Source of the DNA: Eledone cirrhosa | Lineage: Eukaryota | Direction: 5' to 3' | Assembly (NCBI GenBank): GCA_964016885.1 | Contig: OZ024744.1 | Span: 72,416,001 to 72,480,000 of the forward strand | DNA: 64,000 nt | In this document: piece by piece, positions 1 to 13,954 of the stretch | How the letters are laid out: each line of letters opens with the position of its first letter | How positions within the stretch are numbered: position 1 is the stretch's first letter | Position numbers and translations under genes: made by a program | Notes under the pieces: model-generated | Told to the model about the DNA's origin: nothing | Seen by the model: only the letters and a program-made list of their open reading frames with translations | Database searches by the model: none

Positions 1-99
1 AATATCAGAGATAATATATGTATAATGTGTAAGCGCGGGAGCGTTTGTGTGTGTGAATGTGTGGGTGTGCGTGCGCATATATATGTATGTATTATTTTA

Positions 100-262
100 C
101 TGGTTTTAATCATTAGACTGTGACCATGCTGGGGCACCGCCTTAGAGGAATTTGGTCGATTATATCAACCCTAGTACATATTTTCTTCTAGTCTTATATT
201 TATTTTTTGTAACTATTATTATTTTCTTATTGTCGAACAGCTACGTTATGGGTTATAAACAC
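100..262 (-). mobile_element. Degenerate SINE 3' portion (family B)
   Basis: Shares GACTG..GCCATGCTGG.GCACCGCC..GTCGA..ATCAACCC with 38498-38645; a related tail occurs at 60375-60405 and 45605-45630. Confidence 0.5.
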
Positions 263-377
263 AAACAAAAACTTAAACCATACACATACATGCATAGACA
301 TGTACATACATATATATGTATATGTATATATATTAAGTGTGTGTGTATATATATATATATATATAATATGAAAAGAG

Positions 378-545
378 TCAGGACGCCGATGATTGAGCTC
401 CGGCCGTTTCGACAGATAGATCCGAACAAACCCACTCTACTACCCTAAGTACCAAGTGCGTTATGGTCCATCTGGTTTCTTACCACACCCTCTTTGTCCA
501 GAAATAGCCGTCGAAACGACTTGAGCTCTGCCGTCGGAATCCTGA
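378..545. repeat. Short dispersed repeat with imperfect terminal inverted repeats (PLE pLTR-like fragment)
   Basis: 381-413 is an imperfect reverse complement of 505-543; 430-488 is the reverse complement of 16394-16460; flanked by (TA)n. Confidence 0.6.
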
Positions 546-655
546 AATTTTTCATATATATATGTGTGTTGTATGTGTGTGTATGTAAAAGGTAAACAGA
601 AATAACAACACAATCAGTACAGTATATTGGAGGTATATATTAGGTTAATGTTTGA

Positions 656-820
<165 letters not shown>

Positions 821-900
821 ACAGGAGGCTCGATGATGATTATATATATATATAATCCTCATCGAGCCCTCTTCGGATTTTAGTCTTCACATTTATTGTT

Positions 901-931
<31 letters not shown>

Positions 932-1188
932 TGAAAACAAGGTGAGGCTTCACGTTAAGGTCTTTATTGATTATACATATTTACGACCTTTTCATAAATG
1001 GGTAGCTCAGGATCTATATAAATGCTATATACCCGACTCCAGCCAGAACTGCCCATCAGAATTTTTAATCAAGCAAAGCAAAATCTCATAGAGTGATAAT
1101 TTTGTTACGTCTTTGTAAACTACGAATCTACTGAACCAACTATTATATATATATATATATATATAAATGTGTGTGTGTGTGTGTGTGT

Positions 1189-1242
<54 letters not shown>

Positions 1243-1410
1243 GAAAGGTAGAGTTAATAACTCATTATATATATATATGTAGAAGTTATATTTAATTTGT
1301 TGGGATACAACAAGCAAATATTTTTATAACTGATATAAAGCACTCAACAAATTTTTGGAGTAAAAATACAATATATTAACAAATGGAAACTATATTTATA
1401 AAACCATATT

Positions 1411-1475
1411 TATTTCATTAAACATATTTCAAGGACACCAGAGCAAATTATGGCGCGCTTTCATCAGATAAAATA
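1411..1475 (-). ncRNA. Type I minimal hammerhead ribozyme (mirror copy in the hairpin)
   Basis: Exact reverse complement of 1574-1638. Confidence 0.75.
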
Positions 1476-1573
1476 TAATATAGATCAGTTTTATAAACAA
1501 ATATTGACATATCCTTAAAGATCGCATTCTTTAAGGGTATGTCAATATTTGTTTATAAAACTGATCTATATTA

Positions 1574-1638
1574 TATTTTATCTGATGAAAGCGCGCCATA
1601 ATTTGCTCTGGTGTCCTTGAAATATGTTTAATGAAATA
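1574..1638 (+). ncRNA. Type I minimal hammerhead ribozyme
   Basis: TATTTTAT-CTGATGA-AAGCGCGCCA...TGGTGTCCTT-GAAA-TATGTT-TA-ATGAAATA; 8-bp stem I; stem II with C-C mismatch. Confidence 0.75.
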
Positions 1639-1699
1639 AATATGGTTTTATAAATATAGTTTCCATTTGTTAATATATTGTATATATATATATAAATAT

Positions 1700-1978
1700 A
1701 TCCAGGCCGAAACAAATGAGATCGTGTAGGTGTCACGACAAAAAACACACAGTCCACGCTGTAAAGTGGCCGTGTAGGCAACACGGTAAAAACCTCCCAG
1801 CCCCACACTGTAAATGTGGTTGGTGTTGGGAAGGGCATCCAGCTGTAGAAAACCCGCCAGACAGTCCTATGCGAGCAAGACAATCACTCTTGCCTCAAGT
1901 GGGAAAACCCCGTCCAAACCCATGCAAGCGTGGAACACGGACGTTAAACGTTGATGATGATGATGATGATGCTGATGA
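1700..1978 (+). mobile_element. SINE 3' half ending in a (GAT)n tail
   Basis: GGAAGGGCATCCAGCTGTAGAAA central motif; ...CATGCAAGCGTGGAACACGGACGTTAAACG then (GAT)n. Confidence 0.55.
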
Positions 1979-2516
1979 TATATATATAAAACAAAATAAG
2001 ATGCTGAGGTTTCATAGATCGTTTAATCATTATAATTATTTCCACTACGATTGCTGAGACCTTTCTCCTGCCTGCTCCTGTTTTTACCAAAACAATCTCT
2101 TCTGAGCATATATATATGTGTGTGTGTGTGTGTGTATACTGCAGTTTCTGTCTACCAAATAACACACATAGATCAATATGTTATAGTGGAAGACATTTGC
2201 CGGATGTGCCATGTTGTTGGACTGGACCCTAAATGACGTAGATGCGGAGTGAACTCCTTAACCACATGCCCATGTTTGAGCTTGTGCTGGTATGTATGCA
2301 TTATGTATGAGCGTATGTGTGTATGTACATACACCGAAAATAAAACACATGTATCAAGTGACATTCACATTATGCTAGATTTGTCTGCTAATCTGAGCAT
2401 ATAAATTCGATGATATCTTCTTCCCAACTTCTCTCTCTTTCTCTTTTTCTCTCTTCCCCCCCCCCCCCATCTCTCTCTCACACACACACGCGCACACACA
2501 CACACACACAAACACA

Positions 2517-2565
<49 letters not shown>

Positions 2566-3729
2566 ACACACACACACACAAAGAAAACAAAGTCACATAG
2601 GAGACATCAAAATGACCTATTAGAAATAGCAACCAAAATGTCTGTTAGTCCGTGTCTTTGATAAAGCTAAAATATTTTCCACTAATCAATTGATTTGAGG
2701 CCCTGGCGTTGCTGTTCATAAATTCCTCTTGTTTTATTGGTTATTCCACTTAACGCTTATACTTTTTTATAATCACACTATCTTCAGAGTCAAACATTGT
2801 GGGAGAGAATAAAAAAGGGGGAATATATTTGGCTGGAATTGATATATATGGAATATATATGCCTGGAATTGATTTGTAATGACAAATTATAAATATGACA
2901 TAAACTGGATACAACCCACTTGACAAGAGCTTCATATTCTTTCTTTCAGTATAGATTTAAAATAAATATACTTGTTTATTCTTGGGATCGATTCTTCCAC
3001 TATATATCTTTCTCACTTCCTTTCTCTGACTCTATATCCTTCTGGAAGAAATCTTCCTCTGCAGAGGAGATTGGCTCCTCCAGGTTTAAAAATGCCCCCA
3101 AAACGCCATGTCACTACGGTGCCCCTTCGACGCCATCGTGAGTTTCGGGTCTACTCATACACACTGATGTAGAAATACCATTCGCTTAATTTCTACACTG
3201 TGTCTTGTCTGTGAAGTCGACTTCCGGACAAATTACCAGTTGGATAGATTTGAAAGATTAAATTTGTGCATTTGTTTAGTTCTAAAACTCTCTCTCTCTC
3301 TCGCTCGCTCTCTCCCTCTCTCTCTTTCCCTCCCTCTCTCGCTCTATCTACCAATCTATCTATCTATTTCTCTATCTATCTTACTCCTCCTACAAAAGAG
3401 AAACGTCTTACTGTATAGTCACTTTGTTAACACCATTAATTACTTTTAATGAATCATATGCATAAAAGAAGAGGGAAAATATCTATTAATTCTCAACTAC
3501 AGTAATTACTTTCACTACATTTATTTCAGAAATGCTCCTTTCTACTGGCAAGGCCAATCTAAACATTTATATGGAATTCTTGATACACACCACACTTTAT
3601 AACAACCTAATAGCTTTAGTATTACTTTATCCATGCAGTGGACCATCGGAGAAAGCCTATCCAATATGTGAAATTTATAATGTCAGACACTTTTATTTGG
3701 AAAGAAGTCCCCCTTCTTGCACTTGCTCT

Positions 3730-3960
3730 ACAGCACGCGCCAAAGGTCGCAGTAGAAACAGTAAAGGCTTCCAAAGTTAAGACATGGGAAGAGTTGGTGT
3801 TAAGCTGGAATCCGACTTTGGATCAGCATATAAAGTGTTCTGGCAGACCATCCATCAATACTTGTTATCAAAAACACATCTTGGTTCCCCTTTCTTCAGG
3901 TGCGTGCATGCTTGCAAGGCAGAGAGAATACTTTACTGATCTCCTAAATCCTGTCACAGA
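3730..3960 (+). pseudogene. RTE-like LINE fragment (endonuclease-RT linker)
   Basis: Translation AKVAV..KVKTWEEL...LARQREYFTDLLNPV resembles the RTE 'W.EYF..LLNP' motif. Confidence 0.45.
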
Positions 3961-4253
3961 CTTAACAATAAAAAAGTTAGTTATATTTCTAAATCCTTCA
4001 AAGTTCTTAATTATTTATCAAATGATTAAGTAGTGCCTTCCATTAGAAATATGGTAATGGAAGAGTTAAATATAATCCAAAGGCGCTGTACACACTGCAT
4101 AAACTACAAATATGAGATTCCACTTTATGTCCGATGCCAGTATATTATCTATAGAACGTCTGACATGTTTAGTGGAATTTAGATACGGCCTTTTACGTTC
4201 GTACACCGTCGAGGTTGACTTAGTCCTTAATCATTCCGAGGCCGATAAATTAC

Positions 4254-4357
4254 TTGTTTCTACTTTAGGCACAAGGCCAGCAATTACCCAGTGCATTACT
4301 GGTACTTTATTTTATCGACCCCGTAAGGATGAAAGGCAAAGTCAACCTCGGCGGGAT
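4254..4357 (-). mobile_element. SINE family A, 3' half
   Basis: Reverse complement of the 3' part of 61831-62022. Confidence 0.85.
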
Positions 4358-4408
4358 AAATTACTACTAGTCAAATACAAATACAATTAACTCTAGCCTT
4401 CCCTAACA

Positions 4409-4502
<94 letters not shown>

Positions 4503-5215
4503 AAATAAATAAGACTATATGTCAGCTAATGAAGGGTTAAAACATAAGCGGAAGGACCATTACAAGGAGTTAGCGAGCTTTAGAACAAGTACCAACATGT
4601 CAAGACTCGTTTCTTATTTTTAATATACAATCTCTTCCACACACGCTCAAAAATACATCACAAACACACATATATACATACATACGATAAGCACACATCC
4701 ACAAATAAACAGATACATATAAACACACACATACACAGACACAGACTAATACTCTGCTCTTTCCCTCTCCCACGCTTCCTTCTCATTCACACCCTTCTAA
4801 TCACTGATTATTTTACACATATCTACGAAATGCACTGACAATCAAGTGTGTAAGTTGTATATAAATGTAACGCACACAAACACACACAGGAACATAAACG
4901 GACACACACACACATACATAAACGTATGAAGATAAACACTATATATATATATTCTTTCATTATTTAGCTGTCTATGATATTAATACCAATGGACGGCAGC
5001 GACAGTCATGTTGGGATGCGGGATTTCTAGAGTTTAGTCCGGGGTAGGACCATTGAGATGGTCCAGCGGGGCGCTGAGGCCTAAAGGAGCGATGATGGAG
5101 GGCAGAGATGATCTCATGGTGTATTATATATCAAATGATAACTATTATATATAAATATAGTAAAATAAAAAAATATATTATATTTATTTATACGTATACA
5201 TATTGTGTTATATTA

Positions 5216-5388
5216 TTGGCAGTATCGGTGGAGCGTCAGACACCATGCTTTGAGTTACGGCTCTTTATATTCTGAGTTCAAAAATCGCCGAGGTTAACTT
5301 TGCCTTTCATCCTTACGGGTTCGATAAAATAAATTACCAGTAATGCACTGGGATAATTTCTGGCCTTGTGCCAAAAGTAGAAACGATT
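5216..5388 (+). mobile_element. SINE family A
   Basis: TGGCAGTATCGG A-box, GAGTTCAAA B-box, GCCTTTCATCCTTACGGG core. Confidence 0.85.
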
Positions 5389-5389
5389 A

Positions 5390-5556
5390 CCGTGTTTCCC
5401 GGTGCCGAAGAGGCTTCGTTCTAGAGAACGCACCCTAATTTTGGCAACCAATAATTTGAAAAAAATAATCAACAACCTTCGGCCTCCAGGACGCATGGTA
5501 GATTTTTGAGACTTATTTCAGGGAAAAAGTAGCGTCCTTGACGCCGGGAAATATGG
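5390..5556. mobile_element. Putative Tc1/mariner-pogo-type MITE
   Basis: Left TA|CCGTGTTTCCCGGTGCC pairs imperfectly with right GACGCCGGGAAATATGG|TG; CCGTA-type TIR next to TA. Confidence 0.5.
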
Positions 5557-5840
5557 TGTATATATATATATATATATATATGTTTATATAAATTGATTTT
5601 ATTTATTAGATATTATTTACAATTTGCGTGTAGGCAGGTCTCTCTGGAAATAGGAGTGAGGGGTGCTGAGTGTATTAAGTGGCTCAAAAGGCCGTTGTTG
5701 TTGTTGCTCCTGCTGCTGTTGTTATGGTTGTTGTCGTTGTTATTGTCGTTGTTTTTGTTGTTATTATTGCTGCTGTTATAGTTGTGGTAGTTAATGACGT
5801 ATTTCTGTTTTGGTTTTTGTTGTTATTGTTGTGATGGTTT

Positions 5841-5883
<43 letters not shown>

Positions 5884-6284
5884 AGAGGTGGTTGTGGTTG
5901 TTGTTGTTGTATAGTGCTAGTTGACCTATTATCAATGGCATTCCATTTGTGTTTTCTAGGCCTACATTCATTATCTAACATGGCATTCCATTTACGTGTG
6001 TGTGTGTGAGTGTGTGTGTGTGCATGTGTGTATGTGTGTATGCGTGCGCGAGCGTGTGTGTGTGTGTGTCTGCATGTGTGTGCATGTGTGAGTGTTTGTT
6101 TGTGTAAGGGAGGGGTGTTGGAGATTGTAAGGTATAATGATTTCAGGAAGATTGCAAGAAGAGTGACCACGAAGAGACTCCCTTATCGGCTTTGTGAGTT
6201 TCCTTGTAGGTTTGTAATACCAGCAATTTATTGGAGTTCGATTCAATCGAATATGTCTTCTGGAGAAGTGTATGAGTGGTGTAG

Positions 6285-6640
6285 GACAGTGAGGAGTGGA
6301 TGTGTGAGGGTAAGTCAGAAAGGAGTGGAGGTGTGAGACCAGTTATGAGTGGAGGTGTGAGACCAGTCATGAGTGGAGGTGTGAGGGTAGTGATGAGTGG
6401 AGGTATGAGGGTAGCTCAGTGAGAAGTGGAGGTGTGGAGGTAGGTCAGTGAGGAGTGGAGGTGTGAGACCAGTGATGAGTGGAGGTGTGTGTGGGGGGGG
6501 TAGTGTTGAGTGGAGGTATGAGGGTAGCTCAGTGAGAAGTGGAGGTGTGATGAGAGACCAGTGATAAGTGGAGGTGTGAAACCAGTGATGAGGGGAAATG
6601 TGAGAAGAGGTCAGTAATAAGGGAAGGTGTGAGTCCAGCT
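6285..6640. repeat. Minisatellite with ~24-bp unit AGTGGAGGTGTGAGACCAGTGATG
   Basis: About a dozen diverged tandem units. Confidence 0.9.
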
Positions 6641-6958
6641 GAATGCGGGTAGGTCAATGTAGTATAAAAAAGAAGACTAGAAAAAAGAAAGTCCCTATGC
6701 TACAAAGGGAAAAAAATTCCGATATTTTTTCTGCTGGGACCTTTATGATATTCCTTCCACACTCGACCTAGGACCAATCACCCTTCTCCTTCCCAATTCT
6801 TCTGTGACCCTAGAGCCCTTGCCTTTCCCTTCCTTTTCCGTTTCCATAACCTCAAAAACACTTGAATTGTTGAAAAATGTTTCAATTATATTTTAAATAA
6901 GAACGTTCTTCATTTAAGAATGTTAACATGTCTTACAAAAAAAAAAGTTGAAAATTAA

Positions 6959-7058
6959 CTGTTTCTACTTTTGGCACACGGCCAGCAATTATCCCAGTAC
7001 ATTACTGGTACTTTATTTTATCGACCCCGTAAGGATGAAAGGCAATGTTAACCCTCGG
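6959..7058 (-). mobile_element. SINE family A, 3' half
   Basis: Matches family consensus. Confidence 0.8.
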
Positions 7059-7120
7059 ACGGTGGAAAATTAATATCGATATATTTTCTCAATGCATTAG
7101 TAGTGGTGTTGTAGTAGTAG

Positions 7121-7153
<33 letters not shown>

Positions 7154-7689
7154 TTATTGGTATTGTTTATTGGTTTTGTAGTCGCTGTTGTTGATGTTAT
7201 TCTTGTTGATGTTGTTCTTATTGATGCTTATTGATACTTATTAATGTTGTTGATATATTTTTTCAATGCGTTGATAAATATGTTGCTGATGCTGTTGTTA
7301 TTTATGTTGCTTTTGGTGTTGTTGATGCTGTTGCTGATGCTGTTAATGATGATGATGTAGTTATAGTTGTTTTTCTGTATTAGAATTTAATATTTCGCTC
7401 TCATATAGCGGACTACATAAATATAAATATGGATTATATAGAATAATAATAAGTATATTAATAATCGCTCGGTATGCCAATTAGGCTAATTAGCCGACGT
7501 ATACTTTAGAAAATACTATATATTTTCAACAGTTCAATCGAGTGGTAGAGAGGTATACAGTCCTGGTGAATGGAAATGACCCAGAAATATGTTGGCTGTT
7601 CCTCGATGCTACTGTTAAAAAAACGGATGACGGTAGCCCTCAAAAGCAAAGCATAGCATGATGAGGCCGTTTGCTTATAAATGGATCGA

Positions 7690-8300
7690 AGAAATCCCTC
7701 GGTTGGCAGTGCTACCGGGGGGCACTGCCGGCTGGAGATAATCTCTACAGGCACGGATGTGCTGTCAGACGGACCTGCCCGAGATGCGCGCAGAGTGACG
7801 AAACCGTTCTGCACGCACTTGTCCAGTGTCCGTGCATTACTAAGTTGTGGAGTTATGTCCAACAGCTGTTGTCGCGTGTAGAACGGATCCGGCTATCGGC
7901 CGAGTCCATAGTGAAGATCGACCCGCCGCCTTCCTTAGGTCAGGAAGAGCAGGCAATTTTCCTCTGTCTGGTGGCCGTTGTAAAAGAGGTTATATGGTGG
8001 ACCAGATTAAAAGGACTGAAGACAGACAATTTTCTCTTCGGCCAACAACTTCTTCAAGTTTCACTTGGAAAGGAAGGTGAGGGTGGAGAGAGAAGTGCTA
8101 CCCCCCCCCCCCCAGTACATTTGCTAAAAGGTGGATGAATGTGGCGAGAATGACCTGTGTGAATGGGCCTACTCTGACCATGCCTCCGTTGTATTTTTTT
8201 TTTTTTTTACTAACTAAATTAACACAAAGGCCATGGTAGCCAGAGATATGGGTTCGAGTCCCATGTACGTCAATGCTCATTCATTTTTTTCCTTTCCGTG
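7690..8300 (+). mobile_element. L1/Tx1-clade LINE 3' fragment (Cys/His zinc-binding region)
   Basis: LGWQCYRGALP..LYRHG...CPRC...ETVLHALVQC; paralogous to 32795-33330. Confidence 0.85.
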
Positions 8301-8376
8301 GGTTTTTTATAATTCCATATTATTAGGCTAATTTACGTAGTTAAAAAAAAATACAACGGAGACACTATTTTCACTA

Positions 8377-8448
<72 letters not shown>

Positions 8449-8453
8449 TATAT

Positions 8454-8517
<64 letters not shown>

Positions 8518-8522
8518 TATAT

Positions 8523-9096
<574 letters not shown>

Positions 9097-9611
9097 ATTA
9101 CACGGCTCAGAAATATTCCTTTCTTTGAGCTATTTAATTGTAAAAGACTATTTGAGTTTATATATATATATATATATATTGGAAAAGTAAATAACAACGA
9201 GGAGTACAGTTACGAAAGGTGTTTGGTATTAGGTTCACGCTGTCAAAAAAACAGAAAAAGGAGCATGATATGTGTTATTAAGGTACGTAAATTTATCGGG
9301 GCCAAGAACGAAGTTATTATAATTAAGGGATATCTTTAGAACCTTATTAGTATAATTGAATTGTAACAATCCAGTTCACTTGACGCATCGGTTGCTTATT
9401 TCGTGTTGGTGGTGTTGTTGGAACTTTGGTTTAATCCGAAGTCAGCCTTGATTGAACACCCAAGACCAAAACCATTCCAAATAGTACAAAGCCTCTTTTT
9501 CTTTCTTCTCCTTTTCTTTCTTTTTGTTTATATATTTATTTATTTGTCATATACAATATAACCTGGATGTCATTAGCAAACATATATTTTGATATACGGT
9601 ATTATTATGTG

Positions 9612-9770
9612 GTCTGGACTCCATGCTTTGACGCATAGAGTTACGGCCCTTGCCATTCTGAGTTCAAACCCCGCCGAGGTTAACTTTGCCTTTCATCCTT
9701 ACATAAAATAAAGTACCAGTAATGTACTGAGTAATTGCTGGCCTTGTGCCAAAAAGTAGAAACAATTATT
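9612..9770 (+). mobile_element. SINE family A (5'-truncated)
   Basis: Matches consensus; ATTATTATGTGGTCTG occurs on both sides (9601 and 9765), a possible target-site duplication. Confidence 0.85.
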
Positions 9771-11451
9771 ATGTGGTCTGTGGGATATTTTAGCTGCTAT
9801 TTCTGGTGCATAAAAAATACCTCTGCTGACGCCTTTGAGTAAAAATGTGTTTCAACTTAATAACACGGATTAAAATGAAACTTGTATGTCTATAGTATTT
9901 TATATTGAAGTGTATATAATGAATTAAAAAGTAGAATATACTGCAGTTTGAATAGGGTCTCAATTACGGATTGTGAGGCTAGAAAATTAGATATTGCTAT
10001 GCATCTAGTCCGGCATACTACTGTTTGCACTTACTTTAACACTCTAAGAATATACTATGACTGGGAGGAAAGTAATTTATACCTCCCTACAACGCACTCT
10101 TTATATGTGAGTGTATATATTTATGTGAGTATATGTGTAAGTATGTGTGTGTGTAAGTTTGTGTTTGCTCGAGAAAGGAAAGAAGGAAAGAATGAAAAGG
10201 GTAAATCATACTTCCCTCTTGCATGTACTTTATGTTTATTAGACATTTAAATAGGGACTGAAACCCGAGACTGCAGAGGTTGTTGCTAAAGATACAAAAG
10301 ACAGCTTACAAATGACAGCTATCATGGCGGTTTCTACAAACCCGAACATTGTTATTCACACTAAAATATCATTGATGAACGCATCAGAACATTTGTTCCA
10401 ATAGATTTCGCAGTACATCTGTTACACAGAAATGTGTCGACACACCTATTCAGATTAAGAGCTAAATATTACACAAACATTTAGGTAGGCTAACTTACTT
10501 TGGGGATCTTTATTTGGTAGCATCAACTAGTTCTGATATGATACAAAATAGTGTTGTTAGGTAATAGGTAGGTGTTTGGGAACGATGCTAATTAACAAAA
10601 TAAGTGTGTTTCGCAAAGCTAGTGATAGTAATAGTAAAAGCTATAGATAGAATATGTTAAATATGTTGTTGATATTGAAAAAAATTTAGAAATCAGTCTT
10701 TGCTTGCTCGTCTTATAAGTAACACATTTTGTTAAGGTGTATGACATTTTCAACAAAACATATTACAAAACTAACTATATACACTATGGCACACTGAAGA
10801 GCTAAACGTCACGCAATATCGTGAGTGGATTTTGGTAGCCGGACAAACTTTAAGGAAATCCATTGTGTATATGTAAATATAAATATATATATATGTGTGT
10901 GTGTGTATATATATGCGTGTGTGTGTGTGCGCGCGCGCGTGTGCGTGTGTGTATATATATATATATATATGCGTGTGTGTGATGTATACATGTATGTATG
11001 TATGTATGTATGTATGTATGTATGTATGTATGTATGTATGTATGTATGTATGTATGCATTCTGGTTTTATAATTTCACAAAGTGTTACCAATAGAGAGAG
11101 AGTAAGTTTCTAACATAGACACAAGACTCTCTCATTGGAATTTACACAACATCAACTAGGTAGATATGTATGCATGTCTGCATGCATGGATGTTATTGTA
11201 TGTGTGTATATGTATGTTTTGAGTTATATGTGTGCATGTGTATATGCTTTCTATCTGTACATGGAGTTATTAGATGCAGAATATTTGGAATGTTTTACAT
11301 ATTTTTACTGTTCCATTCATGGATTGTACATGTATGTATGTATGTATGAATGCATGGGTATATGGAAATCTAGATTCTCAATGGATAGAAGAGTTTTCAA
11401 ATATTGCTGTTGTTGTTTAACTCTATATTAATTAGTTAACGTTATTTTAGA

Positions 11452-11857
11452 GAGTCGGACACCATGCTTTGAAGCATAGAGTTACGTCCCTTTATGATCT
11501 GAGTTCAAATCTCGCCGAGGTTAACTTTGCCTTTCATCCTTACGGGGTCGATAAAATAAAGTACCAGTAATGTACTGGGTAATTGCTGGACTTGTGCCTA
11601 AAAATAGAAACAGTTATTTTGTAGAAGTTAGATTGTGAAACAATCCTTGTAGGTTGGCTAAAATATATAATGGTTTCTGATTTAGGCACAAGGCCAACAA
11701 TTTTTGGGAGGAGAAAGTAGATTAAATCGACCCAGCGCATTACTGGTACTTTATTTTATCAACCCTGTAAGGATGAAATCAGAACGTAAAAAGCCGTAAC
11801 TATATGCCACGAAGCATGTTGTCTGACCATCTACCGATACTGCCAATTCACCGCCCT
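11452..11857. mobile_element. Two SINE family A copies, tail to tail (+ 11452-11616, - 11670-11857)
   Basis: Both match consensus; the second is the long variant. Confidence 0.8.
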
Positions 11858-12216
11858 AAAATATATAATAAAAATGTTAAAGATTTGTTGTAGAGGTCAT
11901 AAGGATTACGACATCGCATATTACATCAGTAACGATGATGCAGATAGATTTTACCGTATAACGTCCATATTTAACCAACAACGAGAGAATCAAACCCAAT
12001 GAGTGAGAATCTACGTTGTCATTCGAAATACTAGAAATACCTGCTGAATCTCTCTCAACTGATGTCCTACCTGCACAAGAAAATATTGTGTAACATATTA
12101 GATAGTGCATTATGAGATATAAAAATATTTCTGGAAACACTAAATGATCACCGCTGTATCTATTCGATCTGAGCTGGCCTGAAGTTAAACAACAATAACA
12201 ATAACCAAAAAGAAAA

Positions 12217-12505
12217 GACAATTGTTTGCCTGGCAGTGGAGACTTCTGGTGTTCTTGGCCCTAGGGCTACCTCCCTACTTACCACCATAGACGCTGAGTT
12301 GGCCAGCCGCAGGTGTGAGCCACGCGAGATGGAATGGCTCTTCCAGCGCATCTCCCTTACCATCCTCCGGGGAAACGCTTTCTCCATTCTGTCTGCCAGG
12401 GCTGTGGGACGGCTAGTACGTGGGACCCCATTTGCTCACCATACAGAGAAATGGGGAGGGCGAGAGAGATGGAAGTGATGACAGTTGGAGTTCGGCTCTT
12501 CCATG
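12217..12505 (+). mobile_element. CRE-like (RLE) non-LTR retrotransposon 3' fragment
   Basis: AVETSGVLGP...WLFQRISLTILRGNAFSIL is a typical RLE C-terminus; paralog at 59860-60256 (-). Confidence 0.7.
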
Positions 12506-12857
12506 TTCGGACACATTGCATCTGTCAACGGAGTATTTTCATACTTACAACCAAAGTAGCAACACTATTACTAGTTCCACCACCAATAACACCACCACAA
12601 CACCGTAGTATGCAAATGGACAAAAAACAGTGAAAGAAAACCGTTGAAATCCATTGCCGGATATTCAATAAAATCCCAAAATGTGAATCCTATAACAAAC
12701 ACATCGGGTTGTAGAAACATCCCTCGAGGAATCACCTACGTGTATTAAGGACAAATCAATTTGGTAGACAAGCTATTGAGTTATAACTGCGCCTTACATT
12801 AAAAAAAAATACTTGTTAAATATAGATTTCAGCCGCATTTATACTTGCTAGCTGTTG

Positions 12858-13033
12858 GTGGCTTGGCAGTATCGATAGAGGGTCGGACGCCATGCTTTCC
12901 AACATAGTTACGTCCCTTAACGATCTGAGTTCAAATCCCGCCGAGGTTGAGATCCTTACGTGGTTGATAAAATAAAGTACCAGTAATGCACTGGATATTT
13001 GCTGGCCTTGTGCCAAAAGTAGAAACAATTATT
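12858..13033 (+). mobile_element. SINE family A
   Basis: Matches consensus with a small deletion. Confidence 0.85.
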
Positions 13034-13401
13034 TAGCGTATTGTAAGCTGGGTTATTTGATAGTTAAATTTGTTGGTCACTGATCCAACACAAAGTTAGA
13101 AATGGGGCTCTAAATCACATAGAGGATCAAGGGGGATCTATATCATACTTTCCAACTTTCTAAACTGCTAATCAACCAGGAGGTAATACTATTGAATGGG
13201 ACAATTAAGTGAAAAGTCAACCGAATTCAGTAGATCTTTTCACATAGTTTGTGTTGATGCCACTAAGGTGTTTGATAGTATTTCCCTCATGATCAATTCT
13301 TGAAAGCAAACTCATTAAAAAATCATAGACTCGTCTACTAAATCTAATACATGAAGGTTCATAAAGCAAGAATATATTCTTGCCTCGTTACTATTCTGCA
13401 C

Positions 13402-13474
<73 letters not shown>

Positions 13475-13567
13475 AATATATATATATATATATATTGAAT
13501 ATATATATATATATATATATATTGAATATATATATATATATATATATATTGAATATATATATATATT

Positions 13568-13649
<82 letters not shown>

Positions 13650-13677
13650 ATTCAAAATATATATATATATATATATT

Positions 13678-13733
<56 letters not shown>

Positions 13734-13837
13734 AATAAAATGGGGAGAAAAATACTGCTGGTAGCACATGGATAACATGTAATAAAATAAGTCCCTCATC
13801 AGTGATTTGCCGACGATCATAGATATTTCATTGCATT

Positions 13838-13894
13838 AGACCAGAGTATACACATAGTTATTTGCTTCAATACAACACACGTCAAACAGATGCC

Positions 13895-13954
<60 letters not shown>

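Larger units (their letters stand above)
1366..1683. repeat. Near-perfect inverted repeat with 156-bp arms and a 6-nt loop
   Basis: Position pairs sum to 3049; loop TCGCAT at 1522-1527; one T/G mismatch seen at 1512/1537. Confidence 0.95.

Noticed and set aside
978-1063. Minus-strand CTGATGG...GAAA-AGGTCG-TA-AAT HHR-like motif
   Set aside because: Core A9 is altered and stem II closes poorly; at best a decayed copy, so not counted
6285-6640. CRISPR-like regular repeats
   Set aside because: Units are contiguous with no unique spacers, there are no cas genes, and the context is eukaryotic; it is a minisatellite
13740-13805. Minus-strand CTGATGAGGGAC
   Set aside because: No closing stem II or GAAA follows; partial motif only (related fragment at 61510-61558)
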